Counted from the first letter of the stretch, positions 18,901 through 28,814 are shown. The stretch is DNA of 64,000 nucleotides from an uncultured Acidobacteriota bacterium (GCA_963805975.1 CAWDVR010000002.1:640001-704000), one strand, 5' to 3'. Made by a program: numbers and translations. The notes: generated by a model not told the origin, from the sequence alone.

Positions 18901-19231
18901 CCAGCCAGGTGAGACGCTTGGGGAGGCCGCCCGCGAGCGGCATCACGTAGACCTCCGTCGCCCCTTCGTAGTCCGCGGAGAACGCGACCTGGGTGCCGTC
19001 CGGCGAGATCGCGGCCCGGGTCTCCTGGCCCAGGTGCGTGGTCAGCCGCCGTGCCTCGCCGCCCTCGGTGCTCACGGTCCACAAATCGCCCTCGGCCGTA
19101 AAGACCACGGTCGCCCCGTGCAAGGCCGGAAAGCGGTAGTAGCCGGCCGGCTCGGAGCCAGCGGGCTCGGGAGCGGCGGCCACAGGGAGGGCCGAGAGAA
19201 GACTGACTACCAGAACCGCTCGCCAACGCAT
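15953..19231 (-). CDS. Tricorn protease homolog (S41 family)
   Basis: Signal peptide, beta-propeller repeats, PDZ, IGYVHL, DVRHNRGG, SSDGE, IEGHGVEPD. Confidence 0.92.
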   Translation of the reverse strand: MRWRAVLVVSLLSALPVAAAPEPAGSEPAGYYRFPALHGATVVFTAEGDLWTVSTEGGEARRLTTHLGQETRAAISPDGTQVAFSADYEGATEVYVMPLAGGLPKRLTWLGETAHVAGWTPAGEVIYTTRHFSTLPNYQLVIVDPKTLAERLLPLAQASEAAYEPSGKTLFFTRFSPQPSFTKRYRGGTAQNLWRFAEGDGEARPLTADFAGTSRWPSWWQGRVYFASDRDGTLNLWSMEEDGTGLTQHTRHHGWDLRSPSLSAGRVAYQLGADLRLLDLATGEDRLLPITLASDFDQRRERWLDEPMDYLTAAHLSPSGDRVVATARGQVFVVPVEAGRLVEASRRPGVRYRSARFLPDGKSLSVLSDESGEVEVWTLDARGLAAPRRLTEGGTVLRFDGLASPDGARIAFTDKNQELWVVEVASRKLSRVDRSELGDVFDFTWSPDGRWLAYRVPSENFFTRIRLYEVATGRRLDATSDRFDNFSPVFSPDGRYLYFLSNRTLNSVSQSPWGSYQPSPWLDRKTRIYFLALRAGLDSPFAAPNELTTAAQPEAGKAKDEAAAKRASASEVRVEIDAEGLAERLFVAPAPAGNYGALATNGELLFYLSAAAESEEQELVVLPVKREGAEPKTLHSGLGDYELSADGKKLLLRKGKELFVRPATAEAIADLAEHRVDLAGWKVLLDPQEEWRQMLTESWRLLRDYFYDPGMHGVGWQGVLDKYRPLLARVADRAELSDLFGEMTGELSALHHYVSGGDLRKGEDPIEPASLGAVLERDEAAGGLRVVEIYPADPDVPEEVSPLARPGVEVREGDVILAVNGVPALSAPHAGALLRNQARKQVLLAVSPGGTGKPREVIVEPLDPKGATELRYDAWELSRRQEVERLGGGEIGYVHLRAMGGGNYSEWARHFFPVFQRQGLVIDVRHNRGGSIDSWVLGQLVRKAWMWWQPRVGWPYRNMQFAFAGHAVVLMNEWTSSDGEAFAEGFRRLGLGQVIGARSWGGEIWLTASNTLVDNGIASAAEFGVYGPEGRWLIEGHGVEPDLVVENLPRATFDGRDAQLEAAVAHLQRLIREQPPVVPSPPPYPDKSLPRP

Positions 19232-19389
19232 GCGATCAATCCTCCCAAACCCGCCAGGAACAACCCTTGCCAATTGGGCGCCGCCCACGACCAAGCGTAC
19301 GACAAATGTAGGTGCAGGTTTCGCGTGCGGGGTTGAGTGCCGGACGCAAGGAGCCCAAGGTGGGCCCACGCCTGAGCTACACTGGCCCG

Positions 19390-19650
19390 ATGCAGAAGAG
19401 AGCTGCGCTCCACACCTTGGTCGACGAGCTCCCCGAGGGTGAGCTGGTCACTGCCGAGAGGTTCCTCGACTATCTCCGCTCCCGAGCGCAAGAACGGCTC
19501 GAGGTTCATCTGGCAGAGGCTCCCCTCGACGACGAGCCGGTGACCGGCGACGACTTGGCGGCGATTCGTGAAGGCCGAGACCAAGTCGAGCACGGCGAGG
19601 TCGTCTCCCACGAAGAGGTCAAGCGCCGCATCCTGGGCTCGGCTCGGTGA
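19390..19650 (+). CDS. Putative antitoxin
   Basis: LHTLVDELPE...APLDDEP...GEVVSHEEV; acidic; overlaps the relE start (GTGA). Confidence 0.7.
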   Translation: MQKRAALHTLVDELPEGELVTAERFLDYLRSRAQERLEVHLAEAPLDDEPVTGDDLAAIREGRDQVEHGEVVSHEEVKRRILGSAR

Positions 19651-19904
19651 ATCAGGAGGCTCGTTGGACCAAGCGAGCCCTCAAGGAGCTCGAGACGCTC
19701 GATCGCCGCCTTCAGGAACGCATCCTCGGCGCGCTGGATCGCCTGGTGTCCGAGGCTCGCGGTGACACGCGCCGCTTGCAGGGAATGGCCGAAGCCGTCT
19801 ATCGGCTGCGGGTGGGAGACTGGCGAGTGATCTTCACCCGTGACCAGGACGGGGCCATTCTCGTGCTTCGGGTGCGGCCCCGCGGCTCGGCCTACGAGCC
19901 GTAG
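19647..19904 (+). CDS. RelE/ParE family toxin
   Basis: ALKELETLD, YRLRVGDWRVIF, RPRGSAY. Confidence 0.88.
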   Translation: MNQEARWTKRALKELETLDRRLQERILGALDRLVSEARGDTRRLQGMAEAVYRLRVGDWRVIFTRDQDGAILVLRVRPRGSAYEP

Positions 19905-21015
19905 ACGCCTTCACGCTCGCCCGCTCCACCGGCAGCGAGGTGCGGGCGAGGAGCGGATGGGGAGCCCGCTCGCGACCCTGGTAGCGCGGCGCTACCTCGT
20001 CGTCGCGGATCACCTCGTCGAGGTTCTCGATCGTCAGGTAGCCCAGCTCGTGCAGGTACTCGACGTGCGCCCCGGCCTCGGAGAGGGCGAGCATGGCTCC
20101 ATAGCCCTGCTGCGCGCCGAAGAGATGGCGGGAGATTTCGCTCACCGTCGACGGCAAGCCATGGCAGGTCTCGAAGACCTGCCGCAGCCGCCGCTCGTGG
20201 TGGGCCAGGGTCTCGGCCACCCGCTCGGTGATGCGTGGGATCGGCGCCTCGTGGCCGCCCAGGCCGAGAGCGAAGTCCCCCCAGGCGAGGAGCTTCTCGA
20301 GCGAGCGAAAATAGTTCTCGAGCCCCATGAACGGCGTGATGCTCTGCGGGCGCTGCACCGGCGTGATGCGGGCGAGGAGGTGGTCGGCAGTGAGCAGCAC
20401 GTCGTCGACCGCCAGGCAGATCATCCCCGGGCAGTGCCCCGGCACGTGGAGCACCCGCCAGCCGGGGCCCACCCGGTCGCCATTGAGGAGCCGGCGGTCG
20501 GGCTCGAGATCGGGGAACAGGTCCTTGTTCTCCCGGTAGAGGGTGATGAGCCCCTCCACCTCGCCGCGGTCGAGCCCGGTCTGCAGCAGGTAGTGGCGAA
20601 AGTCCCGCGTCGCGAGCAGGAAACGCTCACGGAAGCCCTCGATGGCGCGGGCGTCGAGCTCGTGGATCGAGATCGGCGTGCCGCGCTCCGCGAAGGCGTG
20701 AGCGCCGCCGAAGTGGTCGATATGGGCGTGCGAGAGGACCAGCTCGGCCAAGCCCTCCAGCCGGGTGCGGACCCCGAAGCGCTCGCCGATCTCCTCGAAC
20801 CGGGCCGCGAGCTGGCCTCGCGCCGCCTGGTCGCCGGAGGCGGCGTCGAAGAGCAGCGGGTGCTCCGGGTGATCGACCAGATAGAGGTTGTTGACGTGGC
20901 CGAAGAAGGTCTCGACCGGCAGCAGGTAGATGCGCGTCCCCGCCGCGGTCACGATCTCCGCGGCCGAAGACGGGCGGCCCTTGGCGTCGGCGGAAAAGGC
21001 GCTGATGGTGGCCAA
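19834..21015 (-). CDS. MBL-fold metallo-hydrolase
   Basis: SHAHIDHFGG, VPGHCPG, ADH, GGH motifs. Start approximate. Confidence 0.82.
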   Translation of the reverse strand: MATISAFSADAKGRPSSAAEIVTAAGTRIYLLPVETFFGHVNNLYLVDHPEHPLLFDAASGDQAARGQLAARFEEIGERFGVRTRLEGLAELVLSHAHIDHFGGAHAFAERGTPISIHELDARAIEGFRERFLLATRDFRHYLLQTGLDRGEVEGLITLYRENKDLFPDLEPDRRLLNGDRVGPGWRVLHVPGHCPGMICLAVDDVLLTADHLLARITPVQRPQSITPFMGLENYFRSLEKLLAWGDFALGLGGHEAPIPRITERVAETLAHHERRLRQVFETCHGLPSTVSEISRHLFGAQQGYGAMLALSEAGAHVEYLHELGYLTIENLDEVIRDDEVAPRYQGRERAPHPLLARTSLPVERASVKASTARRPSRGAAPEAREWPRPGHG

Positions 21016-21056
21016 GGGAAGGCGATCCTCGGGGACGGAGTCTACAGGCCCCGTGG

Positions 21057-21083
21057 GGATCCTTCGCTTCGCTCCGGATGACA
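21057..21083. repeat. Single REP-like unit (same family as 36263-36338)
   Basis: GGATCCTTCGCTTCGCTCCGGATGACA resembles AGATCCTTCGCTGCGCTCAGGATGACA at 36312-36338. Confidence 0.6.
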
Positions 21084-21185
21084 AGGGGTATCTAATACCG
21101 CCGCCCCTCTCGAACGTCAGAAGGAGCAGGAGCTCGGCAGGTTCCGCGCGCCGCGGGGCCGTTTTCCGGGCTATGGAGCCAACCC

Positions 21186-24100
21186 ATGACTCGTCGGCAC
21201 GCTGTTTCGCCTCGGTTCGTCGCCCTCTGGCTCGGTCTCGTCCTCTGTGCGGTGTCACCGCTCACCGCTGCACCCACGGGCTGGCGCCCGCTGGGCCCGG
21301 CACTGATCCTCGATGGGCAGGCATGGGAGGGGCGGGTGCCGGTGACCGGCCGCATCAACGTGGTAGCCCCCAACCCGATGAACCCCCTGGGCGACATCTG
21401 GATCGGCTCGGCCGGCGGCGGCGCCTGGCGCGGTTCGATCATGCCGGTGGTCCACTGGCAGCCGATGACCGACCAGGCCCCCACCCTCGCAGTGGGCGAC
21501 ATCCAGCTCGACTCCTGCGACACCGAGCACTGCGCCACTGTCTGGATCGGCACCGGCGAGAACGGCATCCGCCGCGACACCCAGCACGGCCGCGGTGTGC
21601 TCAAGGGGACCTGGAGCCCGGCCCATGCGGACTACGGCTGGGCGCTCCTGGGCGAGGAGGTCTTCTCCTACGGCAACGTGTCGCGGCTGCTGCTCGACCC
21701 CACCACCGCGGACGGGCCCAATAAGCGCCTCTGGGTGGCCCTGTCGAGCGGCGTCACCAGCAACGCCACGCACTCGACGGTCACCACCAAACCTTTGGGC
21801 GCTCTCGGGATCTGGCGCTCCGGGAACGCCGGCACCACCTGGAAGAACGTGCTCGATGTAGGCGCCGAGGCCACGGACCTCGAGATCGACCCGCAGGACG
21901 CGCGGGTCCTCTTCGCCGGCTTCCGTGGCCAAGGCCTCTACCGCTCCGTCGACAGCGGTGACAACTGGGAACCGATCCACAACGGCATCCCGCCGGCGCT
22001 CCTCGCCGCGGCGGACTGGCCGGAGATCGCCGTCCACCGGGCTCCCAGCGACGCGCGGGCGATCCTGTACGTGGTGCTGGGAAGCTGCCCGCACCCGCAC
22101 GAGAAGCAGGCCCTCGGCTACTGCTCCCCGGCCGTCTATCGCTCCACGACGTCCGGCGACTCCTGGACCGAGGTGAAGCCGGCCCTCGACCCGCCGCCCG
22201 AGCACGGCGCGCCGCTCACCTCCTACACCTCGTACACGCACGCGCTGACCATCCATCCCACGGACCCGGACCGGCTCTGGTACGGCGGTATCAACCTCTA
22301 CCGCTCGACCGACGGCGGCCAGAGCTGGGAGACAGTCGGCAGGAACAAGCTCCACCCCGACCATCACCAACTGGTGATCGTCCCCACCAAGGAGCTGGTG
22401 GGCGGCTATGCCTTCCTGGACGTGAGCGACGGCGGCTTCTTCGTGGGCGACGGCGACAAGCAGTGGAACGGCACCTTCCAGCACGGGCTGGCGGTGACGC
22501 AGGTCCAGTCCCTCTCGGCGCTCGGGAGCACGCTCCTCGCCGGTACGCAGGACAACGGCAGCAACCTCTTTCTGGGCGCCGGCATCTGGCAGCACATGGA
22601 TGACGGCGGCGCGGCCTCGACGCTGATCGACCTCGACACCGGCGACACATTCTTCTCCACCTTCGTCGGCGTCTCTCCGCGGCGGTCGGCCCACCCCGGT
22701 CTCGGCTGGTACCAGTGGCCGGAGATCGCCGGCGACCCCGGCCTCAGCAGCGCCCTGCCGGTGAGCCCGCACGTCTCCTGGTACCCGCCCTTCGTCCAGG
22801 ACCCGAGCGCGGTCGAGGGCCAGCACCCCCTCTACTTCGCGGCCGAGGACCTCTATCGCAACGTGAGCGGCGGCGGCGACCCGGCCATGGAGCCGGGCTG
22901 GGCGCCGGTGACCCCGCCCGGGCTCGGCGGCCTGGCCCCGATCCCCGAGCTCGCCGGCATCCACAACCCGATCACCGCGGTCGCCGTGGCGCCGTCGAGC
23001 TCCAACCGCCTCTACGTGGGCTACTACGACGGCAGGCTGGTGACCACGGAAAGCGCCCTGGCGAAAGAGCCCAAGTGGGTGCCGGCCGATGCCGGACTGC
23101 CGGCCCGGCCGGTGGCGGCGATCGCCGTCGCTCCCATGGACCCGACCTCGGTGCTGGTCGCCTTCGAGGGCTTCGGGGAGCACTCGCTCTACCGCAGCAA
23201 GGACGCCGGCCAGAGCTGGGCGCCGTTCGACGACTCGGCCGATTCGACGCTCGCCGGACGGCCGATCCACGCGGTGGTGATCGAGCCCGGCCCGGTGCCG
23301 CAGATCTGGATCGGCACGGAGGACGGCGTCTACACCCGGCCGAGCTTCGATCCCGCCGACGTCTTCGTCAAGAACCTCGGGCTGCCGAACGTGCCGGTCT
23401 ACGACCTCGAGATGCTGCCGGAGGGCGAGGCCTTCTTCGCCGCCACCCACGGCCGCGGCGTGTGGATGCTCGCCAAGGAGCCCCGGGCCGAGGTCCTGCT
23501 CGAGGACTGCTGCACCTCTTCCGGCGTCTACGATCCCAGGCCGTTCGTCGCCGTGTCGGCGGCGGGCTTCGACCCGGGCAAGTCGTGCTCGCTGGCGCTC
23601 TGGGCCGGCACCACACCCTGCGGCACCTCCGCCTTCGACGCCCGCGGCGCCGCGATCTCGACCGACGACCGCGGCTTCCTGGTCTCGACGAGCACCGGCA
23701 ACTTCGAGGACCGGGCCTTGGCCTGGGCCTGCTACGAGGGCTTCTGCGCCGGCGGCCTCGACTACTCCACCTGTCCGGTGAGCGCGGTCCACATCAAGTG
23801 CGGCGACCGCGAGGCCGGCTCCGCCGTGCGCGTGCCCCAGGAGAAGCTCGACCCGGCCTCCACATTGCTCTCCTTCCGGCCGTGGCACAACGCCGGGACG
23901 CTCCACGTCAAGGCCGTGCTGAAGCGGAGCACCGGCCCGTCCGAGGTGCTCTGCGAGGTGACGACCGGCTACGCGGAGGGTGAGGCCGGGGCCAGTGTCC
24001 TCGGCCGGGTGGCGGAGCAGTTCAACTTCTTCGCGGACTGCGGGCGAACCGGCCTCCAGGCATACCTCCTGGACCGCGTCCCCGCCGGCACCCGGGAGGA

Positions 24101-24557
24101 CGAGGTGCCGGCCCCCGCCCGCCTCGGCCTGCGCGCGCCGCTCGTCACCGGCGTGCAGCTCATCACCGAGGTAAGGCTCTCGGGGCCCGGCACGATCGGG
24201 ATCAGCGCCTTCGGCGACCTCCGCCACGGCAGCGAGGTGGTGCCGCGCGTCACCGTCACTGGCAACGCGACCGGCGGCCAGCTCATCTTCCGCACCGCTT
24301 CGCCCCTCGGCCGATACAACCTGGCGGTCGACACCGAGGTGGGCGCCACCGGCTTTCAGGTCGCCACCTCGATCCACGACGGCATGACCGGCCGCGACAC
24401 CGGCGGCGGCCTGCCCATCGGCGGCGTCGGCGGCCCGCCCAAGAAAGCCTACGCCGGAGTGCAGACCGACCAGGCCGTGGACCTGCCGCACGTCGACGCG
24501 ATCGAGGTGGAGAGCCTCGACGCCGGCCTCACGCTGACCCTCGGCAGCGGCTGGTAG
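21186..24557 (+). CDS. Large secreted BNR/Asp-box beta-propeller protein with an unrecognised C-terminal region
   Basis: Signal peptide, repeated SxDxGxxW boxes, LHPDHH, GTQDNG, GLPNVPV, AATHGRGVW. Confidence 0.8.
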   Translation: MTRRHAVSPRFVALWLGLVLCAVSPLTAAPTGWRPLGPALILDGQAWEGRVPVTGRINVVAPNPMNPLGDIWIGSAGGGAWRGSIMPVVHWQPMTDQAPTLAVGDIQLDSCDTEHCATVWIGTGENGIRRDTQHGRGVLKGTWSPAHADYGWALLGEEVFSYGNVSRLLLDPTTADGPNKRLWVALSSGVTSNATHSTVTTKPLGALGIWRSGNAGTTWKNVLDVGAEATDLEIDPQDARVLFAGFRGQGLYRSVDSGDNWEPIHNGIPPALLAAADWPEIAVHRAPSDARAILYVVLGSCPHPHEKQALGYCSPAVYRSTTSGDSWTEVKPALDPPPEHGAPLTSYTSYTHALTIHPTDPDRLWYGGINLYRSTDGGQSWETVGRNKLHPDHHQLVIVPTKELVGGYAFLDVSDGGFFVGDGDKQWNGTFQHGLAVTQVQSLSALGSTLLAGTQDNGSNLFLGAGIWQHMDDGGAASTLIDLDTGDTFFSTFVGVSPRRSAHPGLGWYQWPEIAGDPGLSSALPVSPHVSWYPPFVQDPSAVEGQHPLYFAAEDLYRNVSGGGDPAMEPGWAPVTPPGLGGLAPIPELAGIHNPITAVAVAPSSSNRLYVGYYDGRLVTTESALAKEPKWVPADAGLPARPVAAIAVAPMDPTSVLVAFEGFGEHSLYRSKDAGQSWAPFDDSADSTLAGRPIHAVVIEPGPVPQIWIGTEDGVYTRPSFDPADVFVKNLGLPNVPVYDLEMLPEGEAFFAATHGRGVWMLAKEPRAEVLLEDCCTSSGVYDPRPFVAVSAAGFDPGKSCSLALWAGTTPCGTSAFDARGAAISTDDRGFLVSTSTGNFEDRALAWACYEGFCAGGLDYSTCPVSAVHIKCGDREAGSAVRVPQEKLDPASTLLSFRPWHNAGTLHVKAVLKRSTGPSEVLCEVTTGYAEGEAGASVLGRVAEQFNFFADCGRTGLQAYLLDRVPAGTREDEVPAPARLGLRAPLVTGVQLITEVRLSGPGTIGISAFGDLRHGSEVVPRVTVTGNATGGQLIFRTASPLGRYNLAVDTEVGATGFQVATSIHDGMTGRDTGGGLPIGGVGGPPKKAYAGVQTDQAVDLPHVDAIEVESLDAGLTLTLGSGW

Positions 24558-24606
24558 GAAAGGCGAGGGCTTCCCGGCCGGCAGCGATTTCCGGGCCCTC
24601 CGGCTC

Positions 24607-24628
24607 CCGGGCCTGCCGGCAGGCCCGG
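24607..24628. terminator. Perfect GC palindrome after the BNR gene, possible terminator
   Basis: CCGGGCCTGCCGGCAGGCCCGG; weak U tract. Confidence 0.3.
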
Positions 24629-24706
24629 TTCCACGGCAGCCCGGCCCGGGGGGCGCCCTGGCCCAGGGGTTGCTCGGAGCACTGGCATCCGCGAAGGGAG
24701 AATGCC

Positions 24707-25267
24707 ATGCGCAAACCGAGAAACTTGAGCCTCCCCAGCACCGGCTGGGCCGTCGTCCTCGCCCTTGTCCTCGCCGCCGCCCTGCCCGTGCAGGCTCACG
24801 GCGAGCGGTTCCGGGCCACCCTGGTGGACATGCAGGAGGGTGAGAACGACCCGATCTTGATCTACATCGAGCAGTACTCGAGCGACGAAGAGGTCGCCAA
24901 GCTCCGGGGCATCCTCGCCGAGAAAGGGCCGGAGGCGCTGAGCGACGCCCTGTGGGACTACGAGAAGGGCTACATCCGCATCGGCGGCGGCCTCGGCTAC
25001 CCGATCGCCGCGGCGCGCACCCGAGACACGGACAGCGGCCGTGTGGTCCGCATCATGATCGACCGCGCCATCTCCTTCCGCGAGCTGGCGAGGAACGCGC
25101 GGAGCCTCGACTACCCGTTCAGCTACATCGAGCTGACGCTCGACGAGAGCGGCAAGGGGGAAGGGAAGATGTACGCGGCGGCGCAGGTGAAGCTCGAAAA
25201 CGGCGGGGTCGAGATCGAGAGCTACACCGCCCAGCCGCTGCGGCTGCTCAACGTGCAGATGGAGTGA
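24707..25267 (+). CDS. Secreted hypothetical protein
   Basis: Signal peptide ending VQA, GGGAG RBS, host-like codon usage. Confidence 0.7.
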   Translation: MRKPRNLSLPSTGWAVVLALVLAAALPVQAHGERFRATLVDMQEGENDPILIYIEQYSSDEEVAKLRGILAEKGPEALSDALWDYEKGYIRIGGGLGYPIAAARTRDTDSGRVVRIMIDRAISFRELARNARSLDYPFSYIELTLDESGKGEGKMYAAAQVKLENGGVEIESYTAQPLRLLNVQME

Positions 25268-25303
25268 GAGCGCGCCGCGGCGGACTGCCAACCGGCAGCG
25301 ACC

Positions 25304-25561
25304 TCAGGCAGTGGTCGAGCTCGGCGGCGGGCTGCCGTCGTCCGGATGGTAGACGGTGTGCCACGAGACCTCGCCGCACTGCGGGCACAGCATCAGGCGG
25401 CGCGGCCTGCCTGCCGCCTTCCAGCGGATGCCGCCCGCGTCCCAGACCGACCTCTCGAAGCCGCACCGGCAGCGGATCATCCACCGGTGGGAGTCTGCTT
25501 CCATCGACCGCGCCCAGCTCGCCGGCAGCAGGGCCGTGAAGAACCTTTGTATGGAGCTCAT
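25304..25561 (-). CDS. Small zinc-ribbon hypothetical protein
   Basis: CRCG...CPQCG..WH, AAGGGG RBS. Confidence 0.6.
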   Translation of the reverse strand: MSSIQRFFTALLPASWARSMEADSHRWMIRCRCGFERSVWDAGGIRWKAAGRPRRLMLCPQCGEVSWHTVYHPDDGSPPPSSTTA

Positions 25562-25642
25562 CGTGCCCGCCCCTTCCTGACTGGCTTCGAGTCTCGGAAT
25601 CCTACATTGGCGCTGCTAGAGTCGACTGCGTCGGAGGTCCGC

Positions 25643-26984
25643 ATGATCCAGCCAGCCGAGCTCGACACCGAGCGTCCCCACGGGCCGTGGTCCTGCCGCG
25701 GCTGTGATGTCTGGGACGTGCTCTGCGCCGCGCGGAGCGGCGATGCGGCGGCGATGCGCCGCCTGCTCGAGCGCGACCCGAACCTCTACCGTGCCGAGCA
25801 CTGGTACACGCAACCCATCCACTTCGCGGTGCGCGAGGGGCACGCGGAGGCGGTCCGGGTGCTGCTCGACGCGGGGGCGGACCCGCACTTCGTGGGCCTC
25901 CGAGGCGAGGACCTGATGACCACCGCCCGGGAGCGCGGCCACGAGCCGGTCGCGCACCTGATCGAGGAAGCTCGAGCGCATATGCGGCCGGTCGTACCGG
26001 CAGGCGTTCCGCCCGAGCCTGCGGCCGATCTGCCAATCCACCTCGCGGCGGCAGACGGCGACCTGGGTCGCGTGCGGGAGCTGCTCGACGCCGAGCCGGG
26101 GCTCCTGCACGCGGAGGGTCACGCGTGCGCCACGCCGCTCTCGCGGGCGGTCGCGGCGTCCGCAGGCGAGGTGGTGGCACTGCTCCTCGACCGCGGCGCC
26201 GACCCCAACTGGCCGGAAGGCTCCGATCGCGCCCCGCGGGAGGGCGCTCCACATCGCCGCCCGCGCCGGCGACCGGCCGCTGGTGGAGCTTCTTCTGGCT
26301 CATGGCGCGGACCCCAACGGCTGGATCGACTCCTCCGGCAGCGCCACCTACGCCGCTCGCACTCCCGGCCTGCGCGCTCTGCTCGTCGAGCACGGCGGCA
26401 CGCTCGACACCTACGACCTGGTCTGGCTGGGCGAGGACGACGAGGCGGTGCGCCGCGTGACCGCGGACCCGCGCTCGGCCGATGCCGGCTGCGGCGGCGC
26501 GCTCGCGGCGGCCTCGACGCTGGGCAAACGCGAGCTCCTGGTGCGCCTCCTCGCCGCCGGGGCGCGGGTGCCGCCGGTCCTGACCGCGTGCCGCTCGTAC
26601 CTGCTCGCCGACCCCGAGATGCTCCGCCTGCTGCTCGCGAGCGGCATGGACCCCGACCTGCCCAACTGGCTGCACGCGACGCCGCTGCACGACCTCTGCG
26701 GGCGCGACAGCCGGGGCCGGCCGCTGCCGCACCGCACGGAGTGCGCGACGATCCTGCTCGACGCCGGGGCCGCGATCTCCGCGCGGGACGAGGACTACCG
26801 CTCGACGCCGCTCGCCTGGGCGGCGCGGAGCGACCTGCCGGACATGGTCGAGCTGCTCCTCGCCCGCGGCGCCCCGACCGAGCTTCCGGACGACGAGCCG
26901 TGGGCCACCCCGCTCGCCTGGGCCACCCGGCGAGGGCATGCCCGCATCGCCGAGAGGCTGCGCGCAGCCGGCGCAACGGCGTGA
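25643..26984 (+). pseudogene. Ankyrin-repeat protein with a frameshift near 26240
   Basis: Ankyrin motifs (PIHFAVREGH, LLDAGAD, TPLH, TPLAWA) split over two frames. ALHIAARAGD continues in the shifted frame. Confidence 0.75.
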
Positions 26985-27002
26985 GCCGAGGAGGACGAAC
27001 CG

Positions 27003-27320
27003 ATGGTGCCGCAACTGCTCCGGGTCCTGGCCCCACTCCTGGTGATCTTGATCGTCCGCACCGATCGCCGGCTCATCCGCGCCGTCGAAGGCACTCGTCG
27101 CGATCAGCCGGCGCTGCTCCCGCCCCTCAACCGGCTCGCGAGATGGCGCCTCCAGCGTCTCCTGGCCGTGGGTGCGATCGTCCAGGCCTCAGAGGGCCGC
27201 TTCTTTCTCGAGCCGGATGGCTGGCAGCGGTATCGCGCTCGCCGGCGCAAAAGGGTGGCGATCGTCCTGGTCGCCTTGCTGCTCGTCGTTCTTGCCCTCT
27301 GGGCAGCAAGCCGCGGCTGA
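27003..27320 (+). CDS. Small membrane hypothetical protein
   Basis: GAGGA RBS; hydrophobic N- and C-terminal segments. Confidence 0.55.
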   Translation: MVPQLLRVLAPLLVILIVRTDRRLIRAVEGTRRDQPALLPPLNRLARWRLQRLLAVGAIVQASEGRFFLEPDGWQRYRARRRKRVAIVLVALLLVVLALWAASRG

Positions 27321-27342
27321 AGCGGCGCTTCCGTTGCGCCCT

Positions 27343-28038
27343 TCACACGCCGGGATAGCGGCCGAAGTAGATGAGGAGGAACGCCACGGTGTTCGAGACC
27401 CCGTGGGCGACGATGGGCACGGCCAGGTTTCTGCCGGTGCCCAGGTACAGCAGCCCCAGGAGCAGGCCGGCGAACGCCTCCTGCAGCATACCGGTCACCT
27501 CCTGGGCCTCGTGCCCCCAGCCGAAGAAGGCGCTGACCAGGACCAAGCTGAGCACCCAGGCCCCCCGCGTGCCCCGCCCGAGCCCGGCGACGCGGTTCAT
27601 GAGGTAGCCGCGGTACACCAGCTCCTCGCCGAAGGCCGCGAGCAGCCACATCGGCACCAGCAAGGCGAGCACCAGGCCGAGGTCTCCCACCAGCGGCCGG
27701 AAGTCGGAGAGATCCGGCGGCTGGCCGGTGAGCCGGGTCAGGAAGGGCACGCTGACGAAGGTCGAGAAGAGCTCCATGGCGATGCCGGCGAGGGCCCCCA
27801 GCGCAAGGGCTCGGGGCCAGCTAGGAGGCCGCGCGAACCCCACGTCCCGCCACCTTCGGCCGCAGAGGCGCAGCGAGATCCAGCCCAGGGCGAACAGAAA
27901 GGGCGTCTTGCTGAGCGGGACGAGGCCATAGAGGTCCGCGATCGCCAGCCCGACGACCAGGGCGAGCTCGATCCAGGCCAGAGACCTGTTCTCACTCCAG
28001 CGCAGGCCGCGGGACGAAATGCCTTCGGCGGTCGGCAA
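27343..28038 (-). CDS. CPBP family (CAAX/Abi) intramembrane glutamic endopeptidase
   Basis: EELVYRGY, FGWGH, AHGVSN. Start approximate. Confidence 0.88.
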   Translation of the reverse strand: MPTAEGISSRGLRWSENRSLAWIELALVVGLAIADLYGLVPLSKTPFLFALGWISLRLCGRRWRDVGFARPPSWPRALALGALAGIAMELFSTFVSVPFLTRLTGQPPDLSDFRPLVGDLGLVLALLVPMWLLAAFGEELVYRGYLMNRVAGLGRGTRGAWVLSLVLVSAFFGWGHEAQEVTGMLQEAFAGLLLGLLYLGTGRNLAVPIVAHGVSNTVAFLLIYFGRYPGV

Positions 28039-28153
28039 AGGGGCTCCTTTCGTGGCGGCGGTCGGAGCCTGGGCGGCTCGCCTGCGTGAACAAACGCAGA
28101 ACCGTGGCGCAAGGTTCACCTGACAGGCACAGCACACGCCAATTCGAGATATG

Positions 28154-28181
28154 TTGACTCACCCTATTTTGCGGATAGAAT
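28154..28181 (+). promoter_or_regulatory. Sigma70-like promoter upstream of the Cys-rich peptide gene
   Basis: TTGACT-N16-TAGAAT in an AT-richer intergenic stretch. Confidence 0.55.
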
Positions 28182-28312
28182 ACCCCTAACTACTGGCATC
28201 CGAAATGACGACGTTGACGATCGGTGGGTCCGCCGCGCTGCAACCACCGGCACGAACGTCGAGACTTCGAGCGCTCGACGACCGCGCCGCTATCCGTAGA
28301 AAGGAGATCGCC

Positions 28313-28765
28313 GTGAAACTGAGGAAAATGGTGCTCCGCCTCGGCATGGCCGCGCTTTCGGTTGCTGTCGCATCGACCCTTCTGACCGGCCCGGCCAGGG
28401 CCGAGGAGAGCCAGGCCGGCGAGAGCTCGAAGGTCGCAGCGCCTGCCGTGTCCCAGGCCCGTTGCGGTGTCTCCTCGTTGTTCGAGTCCCCCGGCCAAGC
28501 GGTGGGGGGCCCAGCGCTGGGAGGCCAAGCGCTGGTGAGTCTGGTCCCGGTGCCGTCCCAGAGCGAAGGAAGCCTCTTCGGCACGCCGGCGCCGGCGCCG
28601 GTCTGGCTGTCGTGCTCCGGCGACAACTGCGGCTGCTTTGACCCATCCTGCCCGGAGCAATGCGACGGGGAGCCCAACTACAACCAGTGCGTTTCGAGCT
28701 GCATGCATGGCCAGTCGCGCTGTGCGCTCTGTTGCTGCTGCGGGCCATGCCCACCCTATTGCTGA
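28313..28765 (+). CDS. Secreted precursor with a Cys-rich C-terminal domain
   Basis: AAGGAG RBS then GTG, signal peptide ending ARA, 14 Cys in the last ~50 aa including CCCC. Confidence 0.72.
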   Translation: MKLRKMVLRLGMAALSVAVASTLLTGPARAEESQAGESSKVAAPAVSQARCGVSSLFESPGQAVGGPALGGQALVSLVPVPSQSEGSLFGTPAPAPVWLSCSGDNCGCFDPSCPEQCDGEPNYNQCVSSCMHGQSRCALCCCCGPCPPYC

Positions 28766-28814
28766 TCATCCGGCCCTGAGGGCCTCGGGCCGAGAGCGCC
28801 CGGGCCGCCGGCGC

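Noticed and set aside
15914-19336. Very long alternative ORFs (e.g. 15914-19336 +, 2938-5964 -, 21255-24491 -, 45776-49861 +, 206-1798 +)
   Set aside because: Shadow frames of real genes in high-GC DNA: Arg/Gly/Pro-rich and without domain motifs.
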